From Selenomonas ruminantium (lineage in GTDB: Bacteria; Bacillota; Negativicutes; Selenomonadales; Selenomonadaceae), in contig CAMNJO010000006.1 of NCBI GenBank assembly GCA_946541505.1, forward strand, positions 2,423-66,422: a DNA stretch of 64,000 nucleotides, read 5' to 3'. The notes under the pieces are model-generated. The model worked only from the letters and a program-made list of their open reading frames with translations. It searched no databases and was not told the origin of the DNA. Below, one piece after another: positions 1 through 10,373 of this stretch. Numbering within the stretch: the stretch's first letter is position 1; every line of letters starts with the position of its first letter. The position numbers and the translations under genes were made by a program.

Positions 1-487
1 ACACCACCGCATAAATAGAAAGGTTTTCATCCGCCACCAATATTGCCTGCAATGGTGCTCCCAGCATAACAACGATAAATCCCAATACTGACAATTCATA
101 TACTGCAATCGCCGCTGTCATTCGACCATTTGGAATTGTCATTTGCGTGGTGACAAAATACAAACCACCTGTTTCGCAAACAAGCAATACTATCAACGCA
201 AAGACAACGATGATTCCCAATATTAAAGACAGGTTTTTATTGAGTTTCTCCCAGTCTTGAGTAGCCAAACTTATTGCAAAATATCGTTGCGCCGCATTGA
301 CCAGCGTACCTGAAAAGAAAGAAAACAGCCCCACAAAGCCACCAACGACATTATAAAGACCATAATCCTCCACGCCCAAAACTGCTAAAAGAACTCGCAC
401 GGTATAAAGGGATACCAGCACGAGAAAAATCATACGAAAGTATAGGGCCAACGTATTTTTCGCTACCCGCTTAGCATTATCAGCCAT
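1..487 (-). CDS. wzx: Wzx-type polysaccharide flippase (MATE-like), 5' part only; runs off window
   Basis: Manual translation from ATG at 487: MADNAKRVAKNTLALYFRMIFLVLVSLYTVRVLLAVLGVEDYGLYNVVGG..., the typical N-terminus of polysaccharide flippases. Not in ORF track. Confidence 0.85.
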   Translation of the reverse strand, partial: MADNAKRVAKNTLALYFRMIFLVLVSLYTVRVLLAVLGVEDYGLYNVVGGFVGLFSFFSGTLVNAAQRYFAISLATQDWEKLNKNLSLILGIIVVFALIVLLVCETGGLYFVTTQMTIPNGRMTAAIAVYELSVLGFIVVMLGAPLQAILVADENLSIYAVV

Positions 488-1583
488 CAGTTTTCAGAGA
501 CTCCTTTAAAAATGCCAAAGATTTTACCTTCAACACATCGAACTTCGGCTGAATCAGCGCATAATCCCATTCCCAATCTGCTTTTTCTGCAAATCCTTTC
601 ATATCAACCAAAACCTCACGCAAATTAAGATAGTCAATAAGCGAAGATGCTTTATCCAAAATAAACTGCGTAGGACTGAAAATAATCCTCTTCTGAAAAA
701 TTAACCCAAAGAGCAATCCATGATAAGTACAGGTAAAAATAGCCTTAGCGTGCTTAAAGTATCCACACCAGGCAAAAGGCGTCAGCCCATCTTGACTCAC
801 ATTCACATCACACCAGTCAAAGGTATCATCAAGACTGTCCAGACACACTAGTTTCAGATTGTGCTTATCTGCATATTCCCGTGCACCCCGAATAAGCTCC
901 GGCGTAAAGGAACTACCATAGACTACAATATAGTCATCCATATCCGGCTTTACAAACTTATCATCATTCGCATCCATCAACAATGTTGGATCAAGTACCA
1001 CCAAAGCATCCTTGCCCGTATACTGTTTCACCAACTGTGCCGAATTCTCATCTCGTACACTGATAGCACACATATTATTCAATCCATTCACAACATAAGA
1101 TGGAGGCGTATTATTAACTTTCACTGTTCCAAAACTAGGTGCATAGGAAATAACCTTTTCTGTTCTCAAATGATTACCAAAAACATATTCATCATTCCCA
1201 AAACTTGTTTGTGTATAATCCCAAATAATATCGCTCCCCAATACCACTACATCAAATTTTTCTTCTCGAATGGTTTTATTATCTAATGTCTTGGTATGCG
1301 GAATCATCGCAAAGTAGTCGAAAAAAATCCTTAGTTGTTTCATTTTTCGCCAAGATCCTAACCGTCGAAAAAAATATAGGTAAAATCTAGGATTAATCAG
1401 GAACATTCTATGTGGTGCGTAAAACAGCGAGTAATATACATCATAATGTGTCTTATTCAAATAGGCGATCTGCAACACCCTATCGTCAGGACGCAACTCG
1501 CTTATAACTTTCTGTAAGGCATAAGCTTGCATAAACGCTCCATAGTTGGGCACGTGCCAACTTGTCAAAATTCCTATTTTCAA
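480..1583 (-). CDS. Polysaccharide pyruvyl transferase family protein
   Basis: Motifs NYGAFMQAYAL, GSDIIWD, SYAPSFG, ISVRDE, DPTLL, TYHG. Confidence 0.85.
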   Translation of the reverse strand: MKIGILTSWHVPNYGAFMQAYALQKVISELRPDDRVLQIAYLNKTHYDVYYSLFYAPHRMFLINPRFYLYFFRRLGSWRKMKQLRIFFDYFAMIPHTKTLDNKTIREEKFDVVVLGSDIIWDYTQTSFGNDEYVFGNHLRTEKVISYAPSFGTVKVNNTPPSYVVNGLNNMCAISVRDENSAQLVKQYTGKDALVVLDPTLLMDANDDKFVKPDMDDYIVVYGSSFTPELIRGAREYADKHNLKLVCLDSLDDTFDWCDVNVSQDGLTPFAWCGYFKHAKAIFTCTYHGLLFGLIFQKRIIFSPTQFILDKASSLIDYLNLREVLVDMKGFAEKADWEWDYALIQPKFDVLKVKSLAFLKESLKTDG

Positions 1584-1597
1584 TTAGTTTCTCTCCC

Positions 1598-2551
1598 TTA
1601 CTTCCTTTGTAAGTTTTTCTTCAGCATTACCAAATACTTAAATATGTGAAAATCTTTCTTGTTGCTCCTCAGCTCATGTTCCCAAAAGTAATGCTCGTCA
1701 TGCATATCTTTATGGACACCACCACCACGTTTTTTCTTTTCACCATACTCCTGATAAGATTTTATTACATAGTGATTAATTTGGGCAGGCATATCATCTG
1801 AATTCACAGGATTCTGTCCCCATATGCACACGTTATCAAAAATATTGACTGGCGGCAAAATATACTTTCCTACCCGTCCCCATCGATAATGCATATGTTT
1901 ATTGCGTGTCAAATCATCAGCATAATCATAGGCTGTATTGAAAAATAACTTACCGATATCGGCATACTTCTTCCAGCACACGGTAAAATCTTCCGTCAAC
2001 AATCTATCCCTCTCTCTAGTCAGATATCCCGAAGATGTAAAATACAGCCAATAAATTAACACCAACGGGCGTTTTGTGAATCTTGCCAGAAAATCCTTGA
2101 TATTATCATCATGATTAGGAACCACATACTCATCCAAATCAATAAAACCTATCCAATTGGTTTCATTACCAAACTTTTCTGCACAATCTGCAAAAGCAGC
2201 CATTTGCCCCTGCGGAATTGGCCAATCAATAAGTGTAACCTGTCCGTTTTTAATATAAGGAGTCAAAATTTCCCGAAAATTGTCCTTGGAGAAATTATTG
2301 TACAAATAAAAATGATCCACACCAATAAGCAAGTGATATTCTACCCACTCTTTGATGTATGCACCTTCATCACGGAAAATTGCACAAATAGATACCATAT
2401 ATTTCTTCTGTTCAATCTTCGGCGCTGTCCACCAATACAGGAATTTGTAAAAAGGTGACATGATTTTTGCGAGTAACCATTTCACCATAAACTTCACCGA
2501 TAATTTCTTCGGTGAATCAAAAATTAAATATTTACTTTCTCGAAATTCCAT
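1598..2551 (-). CDS. Glycosyltransferase (GT92/GT2-like)
   Basis: SICAIFRDEGAYIKEWVEYHLLIGVDHFYLYNN and WIGFIDLDE motifs. Confidence 0.8.
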   Translation of the reverse strand: MEFRESKYLIFDSPKKLSVKFMVKWLLAKIMSPFYKFLYWWTAPKIEQKKYMVSICAIFRDEGAYIKEWVEYHLLIGVDHFYLYNNFSKDNFREILTPYIKNGQVTLIDWPIPQGQMAAFADCAEKFGNETNWIGFIDLDEYVVPNHDDNIKDFLARFTKRPLVLIYWLYFTSSGYLTRERDRLLTEDFTVCWKKYADIGKLFFNTAYDYADDLTRNKHMHYRWGRVGKYILPPVNIFDNVCIWGQNPVNSDDMPAQINHYVIKSYQEYGEKKKRGGGVHKDMHDEHYFWEHELRSNKKDFHIFKYLVMLKKNLQRK

Positions 2552-2709
2552 ATGTCACCCACTCTATTAATTACGTCTAAAAATATCTCTCGTAAATACT
2601 TTTTTACCGCGCATTTTAGATGTTTATATCATCGATACAACTCAAAATAGATATTAATGTTGGCTACACAAGCCATAAAAGGGCTGAGCCAACTTGTCAG
2701 TTTGGAACT

Positions 2710-3753
2710 TTATATTCCCACTATTCTAATCAGTCGCTGAAACAGCTTATCAAAAAGAATGCTAAAAACCATCGATACAAGAAAAATTACAATCACTTCG
2801 CCAATCATTTCTAATAAATAATTTGTTGGTAATGACATTCCCAGTCGTTTATACATTATATAATGACAGCCATCTAACACAATTTTGTGAAAAAGATAGA
2901 TAAAAAAGGTATACTTAGCCCAGAAAGCAACTGAATATTTTAGCCGTATCATGCCAAAGCCTGCAAAAATTGACAGCGCACCTACCAACACTAGCGGTGC
3001 CGTTCTAGAATTGAACAATCTGTCACCATAATAGCCACCATTTTCTACAAGCCCATAAAGTACATAATAATTCACCAACAGCATCGCCAATCCTGCCAAG
3101 ATTAAGAGCGATCCCTTAACATTGTTTTTACCCATTTTATGCCGGATAATATCACCAACAAGCACAAAGCCCAAGAAGCCCAGAGAACAACCTACAGAAT
3201 AACTGGCAGTATATGAATCCAACTGATTACTAAATACAGCCCAAATAAAATATCCTGCCCCCATGTAGATATACGTTTTTTGACTGACACTCCCCTTTAT
3301 TAGAGCAATAAAAGGAATTACCACGTAAATCCCTACCAACATGAACATATACCACAATGGATGTCCGTAAAATCCTGTCTTTAAACTATGCAAAACGAAA
3401 TCCACAGTCAATTTCCCATGAACCGCCGCCACCAAATAATACAATGGTATAATAAGCACCACCGGCAAAAGCAATTTGACCGCTGACTTACGATAAAAAG
3501 CCGCTATGCCCCATCCTTTCACCTTATCAATAACAAAAGCTCCCGAAAGCATTAAAAACAGCTGTACCGCTGGCGCCCCTACAGCCGCTACCCAATATAT
3601 CGAAAGCGTGCCCGTAAAGTTCGTCTGTACCAAATAATAATCTGCGACATGATTAAGAATTACCATCAACGTGGCAACAACACGCAATAAGTCATAATTA
3701 TTTTCTCTGAATATCCCCCCCCGCAAGACATTTGTCTCAGTATTATTTTCCAA
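2710..3753 (-). CDS. Membrane acyltransferase family 3 (polysaccharide O-acyl/acetyltransferase)
   Basis: RENNYDLLRVVATLMVILNH, FLMLSGAF, HPLWYM; multiple TM helices. TTG start at 3753 follows GGGAGG. Confidence 0.85.
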   Translation of the reverse strand: MENNTETNVLRGGIFRENNYDLLRVVATLMVILNHVADYYLVQTNFTGTLSIYWVAAVGAPAVQLFLMLSGAFVIDKVKGWGIAAFYRKSAVKLLLPVVLIIPLYYLVAAVHGKLTVDFVLHSLKTGFYGHPLWYMFMLVGIYVVIPFIALIKGSVSQKTYIYMGAGYFIWAVFSNQLDSYTASYSVGCSLGFLGFVLVGDIIRHKMGKNNVKGSLLILAGLAMLLVNYYVLYGLVENGGYYGDRLFNSRTAPLVLVGALSIFAGFGMIRLKYSVAFWAKYTFFIYLFHKIVLDGCHYIMYKRLGMSLPTNYLLEMIGEVIVIFLVSMVFSILFDKLFQRLIRIVGI

Positions 3754-4684
3754 CAGTAAGCCTCCCTTTACTAATTTTTCTTTTAATCTTTCCCGCAATT
3801 TTCCTTGGCAAGCACTTTATCAGTTCCCAGCCAATTTCCGACCAGCTGTAAAAAACCCGTATGCTCGCCCCGAAGCTTGACGTATCATAGGAACATGGTC
3901 TCCGCAGGATTATAAAGTCTATCACCATTCCCATGCAAAATTTTAAAGTCACTTGTTTCAGTTGGAGAAATGTTTGTACTGTTATATACTTTGACCTCAA
4001 CAAATCACCCAATATCAGCAACCACTCTACGGCAAAAGCATGGAAAACATCATACATTCCTTTGTTCGCATGCCCCACGGGGATTTCGTACAAAAGAGCC
4101 TTATCATCAATGATATAACTTCTGTCCCTCTCTCGGAACAGCACTGTAGTATGCGGGAACAGCACATTATAAGGCTCATCTGCTGGAATCCGATCAAAAT
4201 CAGCCTTCCAGATAGCCATGCCCGTTGACCATGTGCCTAAAATCTTCAAGCCACCTACGAAATCCGAAAAGTTATCAAAATGAACAATCTGCGTTTTCTG
4301 CTTCAACGAGCCATTAGCAAAATACACTATCGGCGGACTTTCTTCACCTTCATGAGCCTGCACAAAATTCAACAGATATTGCAAAGTCCCTGGCAGGAGC
4401 TTAGTGCGATGATTGATGAACTTTATCAGTCTACCCGTAGCCATCTTATAGGTCTCAGGCTCGCTAAGAAATACCGGTGCATCCGTCCGACCATAGTGTA
4501 AATTCTTGTGACGGCTGACGTATTCCGCCATCATTTCACGAAATTCGACATTGTCGCCGTTATCACAGACCACCACTTCAAAAAGGTTTTCATCCACGCC
4601 CTGCGTATAGATACTATCCAGCACAGGGAACACCAGCTCGATAATGCCATTGGTTGGAATACATAATGAAAGCAAATAACTCAT
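3743..4684 (-). CDS. Glycosyltransferase family 2
   Basis: LSLCIPT...FEVVVCDNG GT-A N-terminus. Confidence 0.75.
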   Translation of the reverse strand: MSYLLSLCIPTNGIIELVFPVLDSIYTQGVDENLFEVVVCDNGDNVEFREMMAEYVSRHKNLHYGRTDAPVFLSEPETYKMATGRLIKFINHRTKLLPGTLQYLLNFVQAHEGEESPPIVYFANGSLKQKTQIVHFDNFSDFVGGLKILGTWSTGMAIWKADFDRIPADEPYNVLFPHTTVLFRERDRSYIIDDKALLYEIPVGHANKGMYDVFHAFAVEWLLILGDLLRSKYITVQTFLQLKQVTLKFCMGMVIDFIILRRPCSYDTSSFGASIRVFYSWSEIGWELIKCLPRKIAGKIKRKISKGRLTVGK

Positions 4685-5091
4685 TATTTCATTTCCTCCA
4701 AATACGCATCATAATCGCGGATATATTCACCACCATCATAATGGGTACTGGCCAGAACCAAAAGCACCGAATCTGAGGAAAACTCATACATATCCTTCCA
4801 AATCATCTTCGGGATATAGACCCCCATCATAGGCTTGTCTAATGAAACCACCAACTCTTCCGTTCCATCCGTAATGCGCACCTTGCTGTGCCCTGCCACA
4901 TTAATCAGTACAAACTCCGACTCCCGATTAGCATGCTGACCACGCATCACTGTGGAATCAGAATCATATATGTAGAAAACACGCTTAATGTCAAACGGAA
5001 TTGCCTGTCCGCCCTCGATAACCACTAGTTTTCCTCGTTCATCACCTAAATTGCTAAAGTGTATAATGGGGCACTTTTCCTTTAATTTCAT
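4684..5091 (-). CDS. fdtA: dTDP-4-keto-6-deoxyhexose 3,4-ketoisomerase (FdtA/QdtA cupin)
   Basis: DERGKLVVIEG, PFDIKRVFYIYD, RGQHA, VLLVLASTHYD..EYIRDY. Confidence 0.85.
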   Translation of the reverse strand: MKLKEKCPIIHFSNLGDERGKLVVIEGGQAIPFDIKRVFYIYDSDSTVMRGQHANRESEFVLINVAGHSKVRITDGTEELVVSLDKPMMGVYIPKMIWKDMYEFSSDSVLLVLASTHYDGGEYIRDYDAYLEEMK

Positions 5092-5118
5092 AGATAAATA
5101 CCTCTCCATTTTTCGCGA

Positions 5119-6167
5119 TTAGCCCACTGCCCTTGTGTTCCTGTTAAACAACAAAAATCGCAATAACATATCAAAAACAATACTTACCATCAATGCAAAA
5201 ATCAGAACAATAATCACTTCATATGTTATTATAGGCATAAAATCCATTGGCATATTTATTCCCATACGCTTATACATAATATAATGAAGCAAATCTAACA
5301 CTAATTTATGCGTCAGATAAATAAAAAACGAATATTTCGCCAAAAATGTAAATGAGCACACAATCTCAAGCTTACTGAATCCGACAAATATCAAAACCGT
5401 GCTCATCCATGCCAGCGGCGCTGAATAATCCGAGAATCGATGATCATAATAAGAACCGCCATCCAAAACTACGCCATATAAAAGATAATAATTCATCATT
5501 AACATGGCCAGCCCCGCTAATATATATATATTGTGCCAATAAAATTATTCTTTTTTACACTATTTTTTATAACATCTCCTAATAAAACAAACCCCATGAA
5601 CCCTAAAGAAACCCCAATGGTATAGCTGGCTGAATATGAATCCAACTGTTTGCTGATCATTGCCCATAAAAAATAGCTAATCGCAAAACGTGTATAGGCC
5701 TTGCTACTCAATCTATCTTTAATAATGCCAACAAGAGGCAACAACGCATAAATTCCTACGAGCATGAACATATACCAATGTGGAAAATTTCGCAAAAATC
5801 CAAGTTTTAAATCCATGCATATGAATCCCAAGGTAAGTTTCCCCTGCACTGCTACGGCCAACCAATATACAGGTGCTATGATAATTACAGGAACAATCAA
5901 TTTCTTAAATGACTTCTTATAGAACTCTCCAATATCTTTACCACGAACCTTGTCAACAACAAATGCACCAGTCAGCATCAAAAAACACGGCACTGCTAAA
6001 TGGGCTACGCCTTCACTTAGGTAAAGCGATACCCCCCCTAAATAATTTGTCTTCGTCAAATAAAAATCAGACACATGATTTAGAATTACCATCAACATAG
6101 CCACTACACGCAATAGATCATAGTTATTTTCCCTGATACCCAGTTTTCTTAATTTGTTTTCAACCAT
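5119..6167 (-). pseudogene. Acyltransferase family 3, paralog of 2710..3753, split by a 2-nt frameshift in an (AT)6 tract
   Basis: ORFs 5517..6167 and 5119..5505 align consecutively to the intact paralog; the break is at 5520-5531. Confidence 0.85.
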
Positions 6168-6186
6168 TTAAGCCACCATCCGTTTT

Positions 6187-7281
6187 CTACCCAACAAAGT
6201 CGTTAATCGCCATAATTACCTGCGCCTGCTCATCTTCAGTCATACCGTTATACATCGGCAGGCTCAATACTTCATCCGCATAGCGCTCCGCAATAGGATA
6301 ATCCCCCCTGCGCTTTCCCAAGTAAGCATAGGCTTCAGACAGATGCGGCGGGATTGGGTAATGAATCAGTGTCTTTATATCCCTCTCGGCAAGGAAAGCC
6401 TGCAACGCCTCCCGCTTGTGCGTATGAATTACGAACTGATGCCATGTGGAATCAGCTCCTGGACGAATCTGAGGCAACTGCACATGAGGATTGTTTATCT
6501 CTGACAAATACCTGTCAGCCAACCGGCATCGTTCTGCATTGAATTCCGGCAAATATTTCAGTTTCACCCGCAAAAGCCCCGCCTGCAATTCGTCCAGACG
6601 GCTGTTGCTGCCCACCACCTTATTATGGTAATGTTTTTCACTGCCATAGTTACGGAAAATTTTGAACTTCTTGGCCAGTTCCTCATTGTTGGTTGTAATA
6701 CATCCTGCATCCCCGAACGCTCCGCACCCCTTAGTGGGGTAGAAACTAAAGCAACCGATATCGCCAAATGAACCAACCACTTGTCCCTGCCATTTGTTGC
6801 CATGGCTCTGAGCACAGTCCTCTACCACACGCAGATTATGACGCTGGGCAATATCCATGATTTTCGTCATATCACAGGCTTGACCATAGAGATGCACCGC
6901 CAGAATCGCCTTTGTTTTCCCCGTAATCGCCGCCTCAATCTTATCCGCGTCAATATTATCATATTCATCCGGTTCTACAAATACCGGTGTCGCACCGTTG
7001 ATGGTAATCCCCATCACACAGGCAATGTACGCATTAGAGCAAACAAGCACCTCGTCTCCAGCCTTGATATCCAACAGCCGAAAACTAATCCATAACGCAT
7101 CTAGCCCGCTGGCTAGTCCCACGGCATACTTCGTTCCAATATAGTCAGCCCATTCCCGCTCAAAAGATTCCACTTCCCTGCCCAACACATACCAACCAGA
7201 GCGCAGAACCTCAACAGCCTTTTCCTCATACTCCTTGCTGTGCAGTTCAAACTGCCGCAGCAAATTATTTGCCATAATCAC
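6187..7281 (-). CDS. fdtB: DegT/DnrJ/EryC1 sugar aminotransferase (FdtB/QdtB-like)
   Basis: SGWYVLG, EDCAQSHG, FSFYPTK, NSRLDELQA; located near fdtA. Confidence 0.85.
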   Translation of the reverse strand: MIMANNLLRQFELHSKEYEEKAVEVLRSGWYVLGREVESFEREWADYIGTKYAVGLASGLDALWISFRLLDIKAGDEVLVCSNAYIACVMGITINGATPVFVEPDEYDNIDADKIEAAITGKTKAILAVHLYGQACDMTKIMDIAQRHNLRVVEDCAQSHGNKWQGQVVGSFGDIGCFSFYPTKGCGAFGDAGCITTNNEELAKKFKIFRNYGSEKHYHNKVVGSNSRLDELQAGLLRVKLKYLPEFNAERCRLADRYLSEINNPHVQLPQIRPGADSTWHQFVIHTHKREALQAFLAERDIKTLIHYPIPPHLSEAYAYLGKRRGDYPIAERYADEVLSLPMYNGMTEDEQAQVIMAINDFVG

Positions 7282-7303
7282 AGAACATAGCCCCTTTCAT
7301 CTA

Positions 7304-8053
7304 TCATATCTTCAGCCATAGTTGCTTTTTTTCATCCCATTGTTTTACTACATGTGCCGGACTACCAACAGCAATGGAATTTGCTGGAATGTCATGTGTT
7401 ACCGTACTATGACTGCCAATAATGGCTCCGTCACCGATCGTTACTCCAGGTAATATAACCGCGAATTCCCCTATCCAGCATCGAGAACCTATTCTTACAC
7501 TATCATCTTCTGTCAACTTTCTTTCTGCTGGCGGAACATAAGGACTATCCTGAAAATTATCACGATATACACCATGATTATGATCTGTAATATATATTTT
7601 ACTTCCCATTAGCACATCATCGCCAATTACAACCCGATAATTACAGCCAATATGCACATAATCGCCGATGCTAACATGATTACCTATGATAAGTTGAGGA
7701 GTAAAAATCTGTTTAGCAGGTATATAATCTTTCACCGCCTCCAACCTTAATCCACGACCAGCAGAAAAATTATTGCCAATTTTCATAAATTTTACACCAC
7801 TTAGTTGCGCATCAGGATAAATCCGTATATCACTACGCCCAAATACCACTCGCACAAACACAATCTGGCAAAGCCGTTTATAATAAAATATCAAGGACAA
7901 AAATGTTCCCTGTCTCCGCAGTCGTCGCTTGAATAACTGCAGCCGATGTACCCAATCTTTCTTCAACAATCTCCCCCCCTTTTCATAAAAACATTTTACA
8001 ATATAATGTAAAACCATATATAATTTCCGCCTAGTATTCACTAATCCGATCAA
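7304..8053 (-). CDS. Hexapeptide-repeat (LbH) acetyltransferase, WbbJ-like; true start may be downstream
   Basis: ITDHNHG, IGSRCWIG, ILPGVTIGDGAIIGSHSTV, GSPAHVVK. Confidence 0.85.
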   Translation of the reverse strand: MIGLVNTRRKLYMVLHYIVKCFYEKGGRLLKKDWVHRLQLFKRRLRRQGTFLSLIFYYKRLCQIVFVRVVFGRSDIRIYPDAQLSGVKFMKIGNNFSAGRGLRLEAVKDYIPAKQIFTPQLIIGNHVSIGDYVHIGCNYRVVIGDDVLMGSKIYITDHNHGVYRDNFQDSPYVPPAERKLTEDDSVRIGSRCWIGEFAVILPGVTIGDGAIIGSHSTVTHDIPANSIAVGSPAHVVKQWDEKKQLWLKI

Positions 8054-8462
8054 GCACTTTTGACCTTAGTATCGTAGAGGATATATCCTTCGTATAAGGC
8101 AGAAAAACAGTATCTACTCCTAATGATTCTAAATCATCTTTTGTCTTTTTCCAGCGTAAATCGCCTTTCCAATCATCACCAATAAAAATTGCATCGAAGT
8201 GCAATTTTTCCCACACCCGTACTTTATCTAAAGTATCGACAACATAACACATATCAACATATTTTAAACTTTCAACAATCACAAGTCGATTAATCTGTGA
8301 GACTACCGGCTCTTTATGCTTATATTTCTTTACCAATTCATCTGAGTTTATTCCCACCAATAATCTTTCACATTGCTCTGAGGCTTTTTTTATTAAATTC
8401 AAATGTCCCACATGAAACATATCATAAACACCTTGTGTATAACCTAAATGATATTTCTTCAT
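8031..8462 (-). CDS. Glycerol-3-phosphate cytidylyltransferase-like (TagD family)
   Basis: GVYDMFHVGHLNL (HXGH), GDDWKG, ISSTILR. Confidence 0.85.
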   Translation of the reverse strand: MKKYHLGYTQGVYDMFHVGHLNLIKKASEQCERLLVGINSDELVKKYKHKEPVVSQINRLVIVESLKYVDMCYVVDTLDKVRVWEKLHFDAIFIGDDWKGDLRWKKTKDDLESLGVDTVFLPYTKDISSTILRSKVLDRISEY

Positions 8463-8571
8463 ATTTAAGGCCCTCCGAATGATTACTCAACAATACTATT
8501 TACTTAATATTCATCTAATACTCAAAGTGAACATTATCGCCATTCTATTAATAGTACATCTGCACTTGAAT

Positions 8572-9363
8572 CTATTTCAAATACGCTTTAATATCATGTT
8601 TTCCAACACGCTCTTCCTTTGGTGGTAATTTCATATAATCTCCGTAAAAACGTTTTAACCATTCATCATAATACATTGGAATATTATACATTTTTCCTTC
8701 AAACGGCTGTTTTACAAATGATTCAACGAAATCCTTCTCCATTAAAACTTTAGTTATTGAGGTAAAATGACCAATATATTTTGTGTCACTATTTCCATAT
8801 TTTTTCGCATTTTTAATAATTAGCTTGCAAAAGAAATTTCGAGGGAAAAATTTCAAGCTTGGAGATATTACAGCCTTAATAAGGCGTTTTATAATATTTT
8901 TAGTTATAACCCCATTCCCCCACTGCCAAGCATTCAAATGATTAAATACATCTCTTTTAAAATACATCCAACGAAGTTTAACCCCATTTTCAGGTGCATT
9001 ATCATACACAAAAACATCTATATTTATTGACAATTTTATATTTCTTTCCAATAGAACAGTTTCTTTATCAAAAACCTTCGCATAAGGAAATCTGCAATTA
9101 GAATTCACTTCTACACAGTCCAAAACATATCTCCCTTTTTTATTCTTGTTAAAAGAATGTATGAATTTATCATAATCGGTGCGCAACATTCCAATATCGA
9201 TATCATCATCCCAAGGTATAAAACCATGGTGTCGAACCGCGCCTAACATAGTACCACAATCTAGCCAATATTTGATATTATTCTCATTACAAAATTCCAC
9301 TACATTATCTAAAATTTTCAACTGAAATTCTCTTATCTCATCATTATTAAGCAAGCGCATCAA
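8572..9363 (-). CDS. licD: LicD family phosphotransferase
   Basis: GTMLGAVRHHGFIPWDDDIDIGM, IDVF, YGDYMKLPP. Confidence 0.9.
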   Translation of the reverse strand: MMRLLNNDEIREFQLKILDNVVEFCNENNIKYWLDCGTMLGAVRHHGFIPWDDDIDIGMLRTDYDKFIHSFNKNKKGRYVLDCVEVNSNCRFPYAKVFDKETVLLERNIKLSINIDVFVYDNAPENGVKLRWMYFKRDVFNHLNAWQWGNGVITKNIIKRLIKAVISPSLKFFPRNFFCKLIIKNAKKYGNSDTKYIGHFTSITKVLMEKDFVESFVKQPFEGKMYNIPMYYDEWLKRFYGDYMKLPPKEERVGKHDIKAYLK

Positions 9364-9505
9364 AAAAACTCCTCTTTTGGTCTATATTGATTCTTTATTT
9401 TCATTATTCAATAAATCTATATGATTGGTCAAAAAATATCTATCCTTAATTCCCTAGTATTATAAAGTTGAATTCACAAAAGCCCAATGAATATCTTCAA
9501 TCAAC

Positions 9506-10372
9506 CTAGACAATTTGTATCATAAAATTGCGGGCATAATATTTTGCCCAATATAACAACTTGTAAACATTGCATAATATAAAATTACACCTCATATATT
9601 TACTCATATAATAAAGCCTACTATCCAACAAAATAGTCGCCTTTCTTTTTTTACTTTTTATATTGTTATTAATAGATATTGACTCCATATGTAACACTTC
9701 TTGATCTTTTAAAATGGCACAATACAATCCTTTTCTTTTAATCTTAAATCCTAAAATACTTTCTTCTCCATAAAGAAATGTATTTTCATCAAAATACTCT
9801 ATATCTTCCATTGTTTTCATACTAGCAATAAAGAAGCATCCTGACAAACAATCTGTATATATTAATCTACTTCCATTATCCCAATATGTAATATGCTTGT
9901 TCGGAATATTTTTTACCATTTTTCGAACTATTGGGCGAAATAAAAGTCTGTATATCATTCTATAATATGTGGGTATTTTCCATCCCTTTACAAATTCCCC
10001 ATCAAGATTTTTAACTTTAGGAGCAATTAGAGCTAATCTCTGATCTTTTTTTAGTTCTTTTATGCATTCATTCATACTAAAGTTTATAAGTTCTATATCC
10101 GGATTAGTGATTAAAACATAATGTACATCGCCAAGATTATTTTCGATAAACTTTATCCCAATATTATTACCTGCAGCATACCCTCTATTGTATTCTGCCT
10201 GTAATATAAATACGCCATTTTGTTTTATACGGCATAATTTATCATAAGAACCATCAGTGGATTTATTATCCACAACAACAACATATTGTATATCGCTACA
10301 GTTCTTTAATCTTTCAATCATTTCTTTTGTATGATTAAATTCATTATAATTTAAAACGACTGCTGCATTCAT
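9506..10372 (-). CDS. Glycosyltransferase family 2
   Basis: VVDNKSTD, NRGYAAGNNIG, NPD, FLYGEE. Confidence 0.85.
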   Translation of the reverse strand: MNAAVVLNYNEFNHTKEMIERLKNCSDIQYVVVVDNKSTDGSYDKLCRIKQNGVFILQAEYNRGYAAGNNIGIKFIENNLGDVHYVLITNPDIELINFSMNECIKELKKDQRLALIAPKVKNLDGEFVKGWKIPTYYRMIYRLLFRPIVRKMVKNIPNKHITYWDNGSRLIYTDCLSGCFFIASMKTMEDIEYFDENTFLYGEESILGFKIKRKGLYCAILKDQEVLHMESISINNNIKSKKRKATILLDSRLYYMSKYMRCNFILCNVYKLLYWAKYYARNFMIQIV

Positions 10373-10373
10373 C

